Shown here piece by piece: positions 55,228-64,000 of a stretch of DNA of 64,000 bases (its first letter is position 1; every line of letters starts with the position of its first letter). The notes under the pieces are model-generated. The model was not told where the DNA came from, made no database searches, and saw nothing but the letters and a program-made list of their open reading frames with translations. The position numbers were made by a program, and so were the translations under genes. This DNA is from a virus, in IMG/VR virus record IMGVR_UViG_3300042514_001858, positions 1 through 64,000 of that record, one strand, 5' to 3'.

Positions 55228-57759
55228 ATGGAGAACGTATTAAACATCACACTTCCCAAGTCCATCACAAATCCAAATGTTGATATTATCAATGCTTTGG
55301 ATTCGTCACAACCATTTTCTTTCTTAGAATTTATAAAAATAATAGAAGATTCAGTTGATAACTTGCAAAATGTTTACATTCAATACCTGAAAAAATGGAA
55401 CAGAGTGAAAAGTGTAAAGGAATCGGAAGATTCTTTGACTATTATTGAGAGATATAGAGATTTTATAAAAGAAATAAATTTAAAATATTCCACAACAGAT
55501 GAGCAAAAATTTTTATCGCAATTAGATTTCAATGATCCGTTAGATTTAGAGGTAGCAATACCTTTTTACAGTCGAAAATTAATAGAGATTGCTAATTATT
55601 ACAATAAAAAGAGAGAAGAAGCAAAATATCAAGTCACAAAGAAAAAGTTACTTGGTACCAATAATCTGTTGTCACAAGAGATAAGAAATAATATCATAAA
55701 TTATTTGGAAAATGTTTCTGATGGTGAAATTTATTATGATATTCAACAAATCAAAGACGATATTGATATTGATATTGATGAATTGTATGATTCATACCCT
55801 TTGTATTTCAACCAAACTCCGAATGAGAAGATTTATGACAATAAAGATTTAGATTATGGATTTGATATATTCTTGAAAAATAATTCAGAAATTATTTCAG
55901 ACGTGTTTTCGAATATGTCTAGTTCGGAATTAGGTATCAAAGAAATAAATGACCTTTTAGACAATAAAAGAAGACTAACGGAAAAATACATCGGTAGTGA
56001 TTTTTATTATTTGTCCACTGGTTCAACTGTGAATAATTTTGTATCTGGTTTGGCTATCTTAGCTGATGATCCATCACAAAATTTTTTAAATGTCGATTAT
56101 CCAACTACCGCATCAACAGATAGAAAAATCTTAATTTCAAAAGAAGATATTGGATATTTTCGACCCCATAAAACCTCGATAATCAATATTGATGGGAAAA
56201 CACTTAGCTTTTCTTTCAATACTGAGAATCTAGAGCCAAATACCATTTATTATTTTCCCGATCCATCTATAAGAGGTGATAATGGTGATATTGTCACGTT
56301 TATTAATGATAATGACTATGTTCGTAGAAATTTCACTTCTGGTAAATCGCAAATATTACCATCAAGTAAAAGAAATGACAGCAAATATTACGGATACATA
56401 TCAAAAATCGAACCAAATTTTGATAAATACCTCGATAGATTGCCAAATATCGGTTATTTACAAGATTCTAAACGCGATATTTACAATAATTTATTCGGAT
56501 TGTTTAAAGATGATAATAGCTTCACAAAAACTATTTCTACTTATGAATCTGCCCCGATATATTATCAGATATTGAATGGTCATACTTTTTATGACTATCT
56601 CTATGGTGAAGGCTTCAATTTCAATTATTCAACAGTTGATAATACCACATATGACTATACAAGTAGATCAGGACTAAGCACATTCACCAGTGGTTTTTCT
56701 AGTATCGATCTGTATTATCAAATATTCGGTGGAACTTTCGACAATAATCAATTTTATTATGAAAATGAATATCTTCCAAATTTTCAAACATTGGAAGGTT
56801 TGTTCATAATGGATGGAGACACGCCTTATATCGATGCTGCTTCGTCTGATTTGAGTTCTTTTGAATTGAGTGGTAATTTCTATTACTCAAGACTGATTGA
56901 GGGTGGTATTAACTCTTCTTTACCATTGAGGAGAGCTTTGTTGGATGCTGGGTTTCCAACTATAACAGCAAACATGACTCGAAACGTGTTCCCCAACGAA
57001 TTAAGCACATTTATGATTGATGGTGCTTCGTTTGGTAGCGATTATCCAGATTTTTCTCCGACTCTATCTCAAATATATTACGATAATACTACTTTAAAAT
57101 CGAGCGAATACGTATTATCGTCAGCACCTGTTCAGAATCTTTATAATAGATTTAATTTGAATGGCAAATTGTATGTTAGGAACTCATATACAATGGAGAT
57201 TTTACCTATTGAATCTGAATTGAGTTATCTGACAAGTGTTCTTCCATTGTCAGTGTATACTGAATCGGTAAGTGCTGTCAAGAGATTTGATATTATTTCT
57301 GATATTCTGACAATTGAAACGGAAAACAACTTGATTATCATTAAATTGATTTTTGAAGATGGTGAATTTTCGACTCCAACCAAACAGGTATACACCGTCC
57401 AGCATAATGGGAATATTTCAAATAGATACAGCAAAGACGGCAATATTTATTTCACCACTATTGGAAGCTTGTCGAGTAATAATGTCGATTCCGTCTTTGT
57501 AAGACCTTCGATATTCAAATTCGACACTGAAAAGCATACTTTGTTGGAATATGATGATTATTCCTTATCTCCAATAAAGGTCAATTCACCTTCAATATCC
57601 ACATTTGAATCTCCAACATTGGCTTACAATCCAAAAAATGATAAATTCACCACATCATTCTTGATTAAGAATGCTCTAAATGAATTTGTTATGAGTGAAA
57701 TGGATTTCAAAATGAATCCTTTGGAAATAATAAATATTTCACAATACAATCAAAAATGA
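55228..57759 (+). CDS. large virion structural protein (baseplate region)
   Basis: 843-aa ORF; TAAATA upstream; synteny. Confidence 0.6.
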   Translation: MENVLNITLPKSITNPNVDIINALDSSQPFSFLEFIKIIEDSVDNLQNVYIQYLKKWNRVKSVKESEDSLTIIERYRDFIKEINLKYSTTDEQKFLSQLDFNDPLDLEVAIPFYSRKLIEIANYYNKKREEAKYQVTKKKLLGTNNLLSQEIRNNIINYLENVSDGEIYYDIQQIKDDIDIDIDELYDSYPLYFNQTPNEKIYDNKDLDYGFDIFLKNNSEIISDVFSNMSSSELGIKEINDLLDNKRRLTEKYIGSDFYYLSTGSTVNNFVSGLAILADDPSQNFLNVDYPTTASTDRKILISKEDIGYFRPHKTSIINIDGKTLSFSFNTENLEPNTIYYFPDPSIRGDNGDIVTFINDNDYVRRNFTSGKSQILPSSKRNDSKYYGYISKIEPNFDKYLDRLPNIGYLQDSKRDIYNNLFGLFKDDNSFTKTISTYESAPIYYQILNGHTFYDYLYGEGFNFNYSTVDNTTYDYTSRSGLSTFTSGFSSIDLYYQIFGGTFDNNQFYYENEYLPNFQTLEGLFIMDGDTPYIDAASSDLSSFELSGNFYYSRLIEGGINSSLPLRRALLDAGFPTITANMTRNVFPNELSTFMIDGASFGSDYPDFSPTLSQIYYDNTTLKSSEYVLSSAPVQNLYNRFNLNGKLYVRNSYTMEILPIESELSYLTSVLPLSVYTESVSAVKRFDIISDILTIETENNLIIIKLIFEDGEFSTPTKQVYTVQHNGNISNRYSKDGNIYFTTIGSLSSNNVDSVFVRPSIFKFDTEKHTLLEYDDYSLSPIKVNSPSISTFESPTLAYNPKNDKFTTSFLIKNALNEFVMSEMDFKMNPLEIINISQYNQK

Positions 57760-58244
57760 ATACCTCATATTTATCATTATCTTCGATTAACACATCCAAT
57801 ACAACAACATTACCTTTGGTGGTGTTGAATGACATAACAACACTGAATGTTGTTTTGACTGGTGTTTCAGAAAAATTTTTACCTTGTTTTTTAAGAATAA
57901 ATTGGGGTGATAATGTTGAAGATTTTTTTGAAAATGATGTCATGTTGAACATTTTTTCACCGATTAGTAGGTATTCGGAGGTATTGAACAATACTCATAG
58001 TCATGTGTATTACCCAAGTGTTTCTTCAACAAGTCAAAATCTATCGGCAAATTTTTACGTATCCTATTGTAATGGTGATATCTCCACTTTCACCGTTCCC
58101 ATCAGTGTTGTTAATTATAATTATTCACAAAGTATTGAAGATTTGACGTTGATAAACACCATTAGCAAATTCGATAAAAAAATACACCAATTTGTGACCA
58201 AAAATGGTGGGTATTTGATTGAGCTTGAAACACCGTTCAATTAA
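57756..58244 (+). CDS. virion protein, PKD/Ig-like
   Basis: INWGDN...HSHVY motif; ATGA coupling. Confidence 0.55.
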   Translation: MNTSYLSLSSINTSNTTTLPLVVLNDITTLNVVLTGVSEKFLPCFLRINWGDNVEDFFENDVMLNIFSPISRYSEVLNNTHSHVYYPSVSSTSQNLSANFYVSYCNGDISTFTVPISVVNYNYSQSIEDLTLINTISKFDKKIHQFVTKNGGYLIELETPFN

Positions 58245-58252
58245 ATACTAAT

Positions 58253-60457
58253 GTGGATACCTTTATAAGTAAAATATCATCCTGTAACGCTCGTGAATTT
58301 TCATACAATGATGAGAATTTCACGCTCGATAAATTTGAAAGATACTACGATGGGGGGTATAAATTTAATTTTTATAATGCATTTTCCAACATCAGAGATG
58401 TCAAATATAAAAATTACAGCATTTTCTATTTGACTGATGAGCGTAAGCTGTCTGACATAACTGTTAATGATAAAAATGTTATAAAATTGGAAAAGTCTCT
58501 GACATTTTTAAAATTTGGAGAAATTTATTTAGAATTCAAACCAAAAGATACGAATCAATTGGGATTATCTGGTATTTATACCAATTATGATTATTATGGA
58601 GATTATTCTTTTTTCAATATTACATCAGATTCGACCAATTTTATAATTGATCTGAAAGATTCAAATGTTTGCAACATTTACAAAATTTACAATTATAAAA
58701 AATATTATCTAACGCAAGATTCTAACAACACTGTTAATTTTTACACTAGAAAATTAGGATTGTCTGGTATAGATTTCAATTACATTTACTCTAGCTCTAA
58801 TAACTCGTTATGCCTATTCAGAAATGATGGATCTTGTAAGTTACTAACAAAACAAGGTAATACACTAACTTTGGTTCCGTTTACAAGTGCCAATAAAGTT
58901 TTGGCTCCTCTGAACAATATCAAAATTGATAAAAAAATCTATAATAATATTGACAACAATCAGAATTTTTCATTGGTTGGTTATGATGAGAGTAACACCA
59001 TTCCAGATAATCTGATAGAAAAAGATTTATCTAATAATTATCTATTACATTCTGAAAACGATGATGTTGAGATCGTCACTTTGAAAAACCAATTGACTCA
59101 GGAAGATATTTTCACATCTGGAAACACTTTGATATCTTCAAACAATTCTCCTTTCTATATGAAAGAGATGAGATCGTATACATCGATTTTCAATGATATT
59201 GATAGTGAGAGAGACGAAAGTTTGTCTTTAAATTATGTATTTTACAATAAACCTTATATCATTAAAAGTGGTATAAATACGATTAAAGCTCCAAACGATC
59301 TAAATCCTTTCATAAAAATCAACATAAATGATACAAAATTTGTGGAATCGGGAGCATTTTCGTATACCACACCTCTTTATGCTGATAAAGTTTACAAATT
59401 AGATAATAACAATGGATATACCGATGGACAAAATTACCTATGCACTTGGTTATCTGGTTCGCCTTTAAGTAACAATAAAGTATGGGTAGATAGATATTAC
59501 TATCCTGATCGGATTGAAAAGGCATCTGCATTAGCGACCAATTCAACCTTTAATATTACTTACACTGATTTGGTCGAACAATTGGTGTCTGGAAATGATC
59601 TCATCAAACAAAGTCTGTCAGCTTATCAAGTTTTCGATAAAAAAAGTGATTTCATCATTGAACCAAATGATGTATTTGTATATGAACGGTTGAATTCTTT
59701 ACCTGTTGTGAGTTCTCCAGATGAGATTCCAGTGTGTAAAATTGAAGATATTAATTTTTTCAACGAAATAAATTATTTCGAAAATATAAATACAGATGGT
59801 GTCTTTTCCATATTTTTCACCTTTAGCGGTGATAATACCAATTGGTCATTTTTTAGTAAACGCAATAATATTGATGGTGGGTTGAATATTGATAAAAATA
59901 GTGATAACATTTCCTTTTTGTTAAATTTGTATGATCCTAGTAATGAAAATACTACTAGTTTTGATGCTACTGCAAGCTTTAAAAAATTAAAAATTAACAC
60001 GTTGGTATTTGCCATCGATACTATTAATGGACGAGGATATTTTAATCTGAATGGCACAAGTATCAAAGAGTTCACTTTTGATATATCACAATTTTTTGGT
60101 AAGAAAATACTTTTTGGAGACTTTGTTGATAATAATCATATCCAAAATTTCAAAATATATACCAGATATATTGATTTCGACGAATCTTTAATATTGCCAT
60201 ATACCAATGGGTTGCAAAGTATAGATACTCTGGTTATCACTATTCCATCTGGACAGCGAAATAGCGAAGATGAAATCGAATTGTTACAAAGTGTCTGTAA
60301 TAATCAAACCTTCAAATCAAATCATGTTGATATTTTGATTAAAAATATTAGTCTCCCTGATAATATCAAAAATGAATTGAAAAGGATTGTAACGGAAACA
60401 TGCAAGTCCTTCTCACCTTTAACTTCGGAAGTAAATAACATAGAATTTATTGAATAA
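58253..60457 (+). CDS. virion structural protein (possible lectin/LamG-like C-terminal domain)
   Basis: 734-aa beta-rich ORF; GTG 5 nt after TAAATA. Confidence 0.55.
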   Translation: MDTFISKISSCNAREFSYNDENFTLDKFERYYDGGYKFNFYNAFSNIRDVKYKNYSIFYLTDERKLSDITVNDKNVIKLEKSLTFLKFGEIYLEFKPKDTNQLGLSGIYTNYDYYGDYSFFNITSDSTNFIIDLKDSNVCNIYKIYNYKKYYLTQDSNNTVNFYTRKLGLSGIDFNYIYSSSNNSLCLFRNDGSCKLLTKQGNTLTLVPFTSANKVLAPLNNIKIDKKIYNNIDNNQNFSLVGYDESNTIPDNLIEKDLSNNYLLHSENDDVEIVTLKNQLTQEDIFTSGNTLISSNNSPFYMKEMRSYTSIFNDIDSERDESLSLNYVFYNKPYIIKSGINTIKAPNDLNPFIKININDTKFVESGAFSYTTPLYADKVYKLDNNNGYTDGQNYLCTWLSGSPLSNNKVWVDRYYYPDRIEKASALATNSTFNITYTDLVEQLVSGNDLIKQSLSAYQVFDKKSDFIIEPNDVFVYERLNSLPVVSSPDEIPVCKIEDINFFNEINYFENINTDGVFSIFFTFSGDNTNWSFFSKRNNIDGGLNIDKNSDNISFLLNLYDPSNENTTSFDATASFKKLKINTLVFAIDTINGRGYFNLNGTSIKEFTFDISQFFGKKILFGDFVDNNHIQNFKIYTRYIDFDESLILPYTNGLQSIDTLVITIPSGQRNSEDEIELLQSVCNNQTFKSNHVDILIKNISLPDNIKNELKRIVTETCKSFSPLTSEVNNIEFIE

Positions 60458-62232
60458 TGATTACATATTTTAAATATACAAACGGTGAATCCTTTACCTC
60501 AAATGGTATTGATTATTCAGGATTTTTTAATGTTGATAATGGTATAGCTTATACAGGTAAAACCAAAGACCAATTCTCTGAAGAATTGACATCGAAAAAT
60601 AATTTTTCCTCAGAATTTTATCTTAGAAAATTAGAATTTGATAATCAATTTGATTCGATTCAAAACATAACACCATATTTCACTAATGCTTTTGATGTTT
60701 TAAATAAAAATGAATTAGATAAAATTTTCGATAAAATCAACACTAATAATTTGATTGTTTTTAAATCTTTAATTATTAGTAATCCCCAAATTGTGGATTT
60801 CGATGAAAACGATTGCCATTTTTATGGGCTATCATCAACAATTAGAGATGAAAGAAACGATGATTTGATGGTGGGTAAAGATGTAGTCACACATATTGAT
60901 AATTTTAACTATTCTAGTGAATGGGATTTTTTGGAAAAAGTAAAATATGGTGATTTTATCGTAAAATCGGATCAAACATTCAAATATCTCTGCTCCACTG
61001 GTAAAGAATTGATAACAATAAATGGATCATTTGATGATACTTCATTATTGACATATGATATCCAAGAGTTGGAATTTGGTAAGGAAGTTTATGGCATAAA
61101 TTATGATGAATTTGAAAATAAAATCAATATAATTATAAATGATGTCATCAACACTTATGAAGGATTGAATTATATCGAATGTGGAACTTTAATCTTAATT
61201 GATAGTATAAAAATCGGCAATGTTGACACCATTTCTTTAAAATGGAGTGCTAAAGAGAAATTTTCAAAAGCATTTGGTTATTTCAATGACAAATTTTTTA
61301 ACATAAATTCCAATAATGTGAAATTTATGAAATATGGTGACAATATAAGAACAGTAATTGATAAAAATATTCTTTATCTTTGGAATAAAAAATCTTCAAC
61401 ATTACTTGGAACGGTAAATCTACTCGAATATAACATAGAAAATGTTGTGGCAATTGATATCAGAAATGTCGATGATTTTGTTATTATTTTACACGAAAAA
61501 AACGGTATTTATTCGATTTTTACATTTGATCCTTATTCTATCTCCACTACTTTCATTAATTATGAAATAAATGATTTGGATACAGATAATTATGATGTCG
61601 CTTTTTCAACTTACGATTCTAATATCTTCTACATAAGAAGTGTGAAAAATATTGAAACAAGATTTATATCAAATCCCCGTAATACTGCCAATAATTTCAA
61701 GAAATTTAATTTAAAATATCCACCTGATTATCTTTTCAAAAACACTTATCATAAGTTTGGTAATACTCCAACTAAGTGGAATACCAATAGAATGAATGCT
61801 AATAACTTTTATAATTTGTTATTCAGTGAAATCACCAAAGGTAATAAGAATTATACAATATTACACAATTCTGGTAGAATATATGCTCTAAAACAACCTA
61901 TTGAAGATAATAGATATACTGCAATTGATAGTAATATTACGAAAAATTTCAAAAATGTAACATGTGGAGATTATTCGTTCGGTATATTTTTCAATCAAAA
62001 TCTTTTAAACATTCTGAAAGACGTATTGACACTCTTTACCAAAGCGTCAAATTCATTTAATTTTAGAAAAGATGAAGTATTATTAAATAATATTGAATTG
62101 ATCAATTACGACTTTGATAATTTACGAGTTAATGGTAATGAAAGCATCAACACAACGACTATGCAGAGAATTTTCACATTAATAGTCGAAATTCAGCAAA
62201 AATTAATTTCCAATTTAACAACTTCCGAATAA
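60457..62232 (+). CDS. virion structural protein
   Basis: 591-aa ORF; TAATG coupling. Confidence 0.55.
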   Translation: MITYFKYTNGESFTSNGIDYSGFFNVDNGIAYTGKTKDQFSEELTSKNNFSSEFYLRKLEFDNQFDSIQNITPYFTNAFDVLNKNELDKIFDKINTNNLIVFKSLIISNPQIVDFDENDCHFYGLSSTIRDERNDDLMVGKDVVTHIDNFNYSSEWDFLEKVKYGDFIVKSDQTFKYLCSTGKELITINGSFDDTSLLTYDIQELEFGKEVYGINYDEFENKINIIINDVINTYEGLNYIECGTLILIDSIKIGNVDTISLKWSAKEKFSKAFGYFNDKFFNINSNNVKFMKYGDNIRTVIDKNILYLWNKKSSTLLGTVNLLEYNIENVVAIDIRNVDDFVIILHEKNGIYSIFTFDPYSISTTFINYEINDLDTDNYDVAFSTYDSNIFYIRSVKNIETRFISNPRNTANNFKKFNLKYPPDYLFKNTYHKFGNTPTKWNTNRMNANNFYNLLFSEITKGNKNYTILHNSGRIYALKQPIEDNRYTAIDSNITKNFKNVTCGDYSFGIFFNQNLLNILKDVLTLFTKASNSFNFRKDEVLLNNIELINYDFDNLRVNGNESINTTTMQRIFTLIVEIQQKLISNLTTSE

Positions 62233-62240
62233 ATAATATT

Positions 62241-62915
62241 ATGCTACCTGATCTTACTGACCAATTCATCGCAGATTCTTATGCAGGAATATTACATACC
62301 TCAAATGTACCTGTTAGTGAAACCAACTTACCACAAATTTATGATGGTTTGGGTAATAAAACATCCATGAAAATTGGTTCTGAAGGTGGTGGTGCTTCTT
62401 TCACTGGAACATTATCAGCAGATGGTTTCGCGATAACAGGATACGCATCTTTGATCGATTACATTTATCCTGTAAATTCAATTTATCTCTCAATTGATAA
62501 TATCAATCCACAATTAAGATTTTTAAATACCACATGGCAAAATGTGGCAGAAGGTAAATTTTTGGCTGGTGTTGGTTTGGGTAATGATGGAGTAAATAAT
62601 AAAAACATTACAAGCGGTAATAATAGTGGTAAATATGAAACCACATTAACCGTAGATCAGTTACCAAGTCATACCCACACTGGTGTTACAGGTACTGTAG
62701 GAAGTGGTGGTGAAGCTATAACAGATGGTGAACCAACTCTACTAGATTCGCTACAATCGTTTAATCATCAAAATAGTGGACATACATCATCTACCGATTC
62801 AAATAAAATATTGAAATTAGATGGTCAAGTATTTTTAAATAATACTGGTAGTGGTAGTCCCATCGATAATACACCACCATCATTCGGTGTCTATGTCTGG
62901 AAAAGAATTTCATAA
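62241..62915 (+). CDS. baseplate/short-fibre protein with gp10-C-terminal/collar-like domain
   Basis: IYPVNSIYLS..NP...W..GKFLAG...LTVDQLPSHTH...NTPPSFGVYVWKR. Confidence 0.75.
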   Translation: MLPDLTDQFIADSYAGILHTSNVPVSETNLPQIYDGLGNKTSMKIGSEGGGASFTGTLSADGFAITGYASLIDYIYPVNSIYLSIDNINPQLRFLNTTWQNVAEGKFLAGVGLGNDGVNNKNITSGNNSGKYETTLTVDQLPSHTHTGVTGTVGSGGEAITDGEPTLLDSLQSFNHQNSGHTSSTDSNKILKLDGQVFLNNTGSGSPIDNTPPSFGVYVWKRIS

Positions 62916-62917
62916 TT

Positions 62918-64000
62918 ATGCCTGACTTTTACATATCAAAAATAAAAATTCGCAGAGGTACAAACGACCAAAGAAAATCGGTTCGTTTGGATCAAGGGGA
63001 ACCTGCTTTCACTACTGATACCAATCGTTTATACATCGGAAACGGTGTATTGAGCGGTGGAGTATCAGTAACGGCAAAAAATCATATACCTCTGACTAAT
63101 TTTTATAGTTTATCTAATACATATTCGGAAGTAGGTGATATAGCGTCAATTGATAATATTTGGTATCAATTGACGGCAAACCCTTATACTGATATCACAA
63201 AATGGGGTAAAATTGCTACTAAAGTATCACAAGAATTTGAGTATGACTCCTTTTCAACAATCAATTTGAAATTGAGTGGTCTATCGGCATCTAAAATAAA
63301 TCCAAATACAGTTGATGGTGGATTATTTATTAACAATAATAAATTACAAGTCAATTATAATCCAACATTTTTCGGACTTTCAGCTAATAAATTATCGATA
63401 AATGCTACATCGATCACTACTAGAGAGTTATTGTCAACATCATTTGGGAATGGTTTGAGCGGTGGGAATGGTAATACAATTGCTCTGAGAATTAATCCGA
63501 CGAATTTTTCTTTTGTCGGCGGTGTTTTGACTGCCAATTATACGTCATTATATAATTCAATTAGTTCCTCTTCTGGTAAATCACAATTTTTTCCACCAGT
63601 AAGCACATACAATTCTCTAACAACTCTAAGTGCTAATGGTAATGATGTATCAACTTTCGATGGTGTTCTATACCAAATGAACGGCTCATCTGCTACCGAA
63701 TTAAGTGCGTGGACGAACATTAGCGATACAAAAGCAGTTCAGAGATCTGTTTTCACGACACTGACAGGTAATTCCACATTAAATGCGACAAATAGCTTAT
63801 CATCTATTTTCAATGGGACACCTGCACACACCATCACAGGTGCTATATCAGGTCTTCGATTAACTAAATTTGAGGCAATATCATCAAATGGTATCAGCAC
63901 GGTAACAATAACACTAACATCTGCTGGTTTTTTAGCTTATGAAGGTGATTCCACCTCAAAAACAGGACAACCAATTGGTAGATTCGCAATTCCAATTTTC
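62918..64000 (+). CDS. tail fibre protein with Mtd-N-like N-terminus (partial, runs off window)
   Basis: Own translation MPDFYISKIKIRRGT...LDQGEPAFTTDTNRLYIGNG; appears open to window end. Confidence 0.7.
   Translation, partial: MPDFYISKIKIRRGTNDQRKSVRLDQGEPAFTTDTNRLYIGNGVLSGGVSVTAKNHIPLTNFYSLSNTYSEVGDIASIDNIWYQLTANPYTDITKWGKIATKVSQEFEYDSFSTINLKLSGLSASKINPNTVDGGLFINNNKLQVNYNPTFFGLSANKLSINATSITTRELLSTSFGNGLSGGNGNTIALRINPTNFSFVGGVLTANYTSLYNSISSSSGKSQFFPPVSTYNSLTTLSANGNDVSTFDGVLYQMNGSSATELSAWTNISDTKAVQRSVFTTLTGNSTLNATNSLSSIFNGTPAHTITGAISGLRLTKFEAISSNGISTVTITLTSAGFLAYEGDSTSKTGQPIGRFAIPIF

Overview
A 64-kb, AT-rich segment of a large T4-like (contractile-tailed) bacteriophage genome. Positions 1-22.6 kb hold a mostly minus-strand block of small accessory genes. 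These include an RNA-repair kit (Rnl1- and Rnl2-type ligases, a PNK-like kinase, 2H, histidine and metallo-phosphoesterases), a RadA-like ATPase, a DenV-like glycosylase, YopX paralogues, two free-standing homing endonucleases and a PEP-CTERM protein. Positions 22.6-64 kb hold the morphogenesis module (baseplate, tail tube, sheath, terminase, neck, fibres, putative internal head proteins). Interleaved with it are a clamp loader, an NDP-rhamnose pathway (RmlA, intein-containing RmlB, NRS/ER-type epimerase-reductase), a glycosyltransferase and a sulfotransferase. Main observations: (1) two promoter-like motifs sit at fixed short distances from start codons (AAAAACTAG-NN-TACAAT-N6-ATG; TAAATA-N5-ATG), implying a largely leaderless-mRNA programme; (2) an unannotated ~183-nt multi-helix structured RNA lies at 669-851; (3) a candidate virion rhamnosylation/sulfation system, with a recurrent LS[A/S/G] motif in exposed virion proteins; (4) a phage-encoded PEP-CTERM protein; (5) inteins in RmlB and terminase. 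All functional calls come from motif recognition by eye; no database searches were run.
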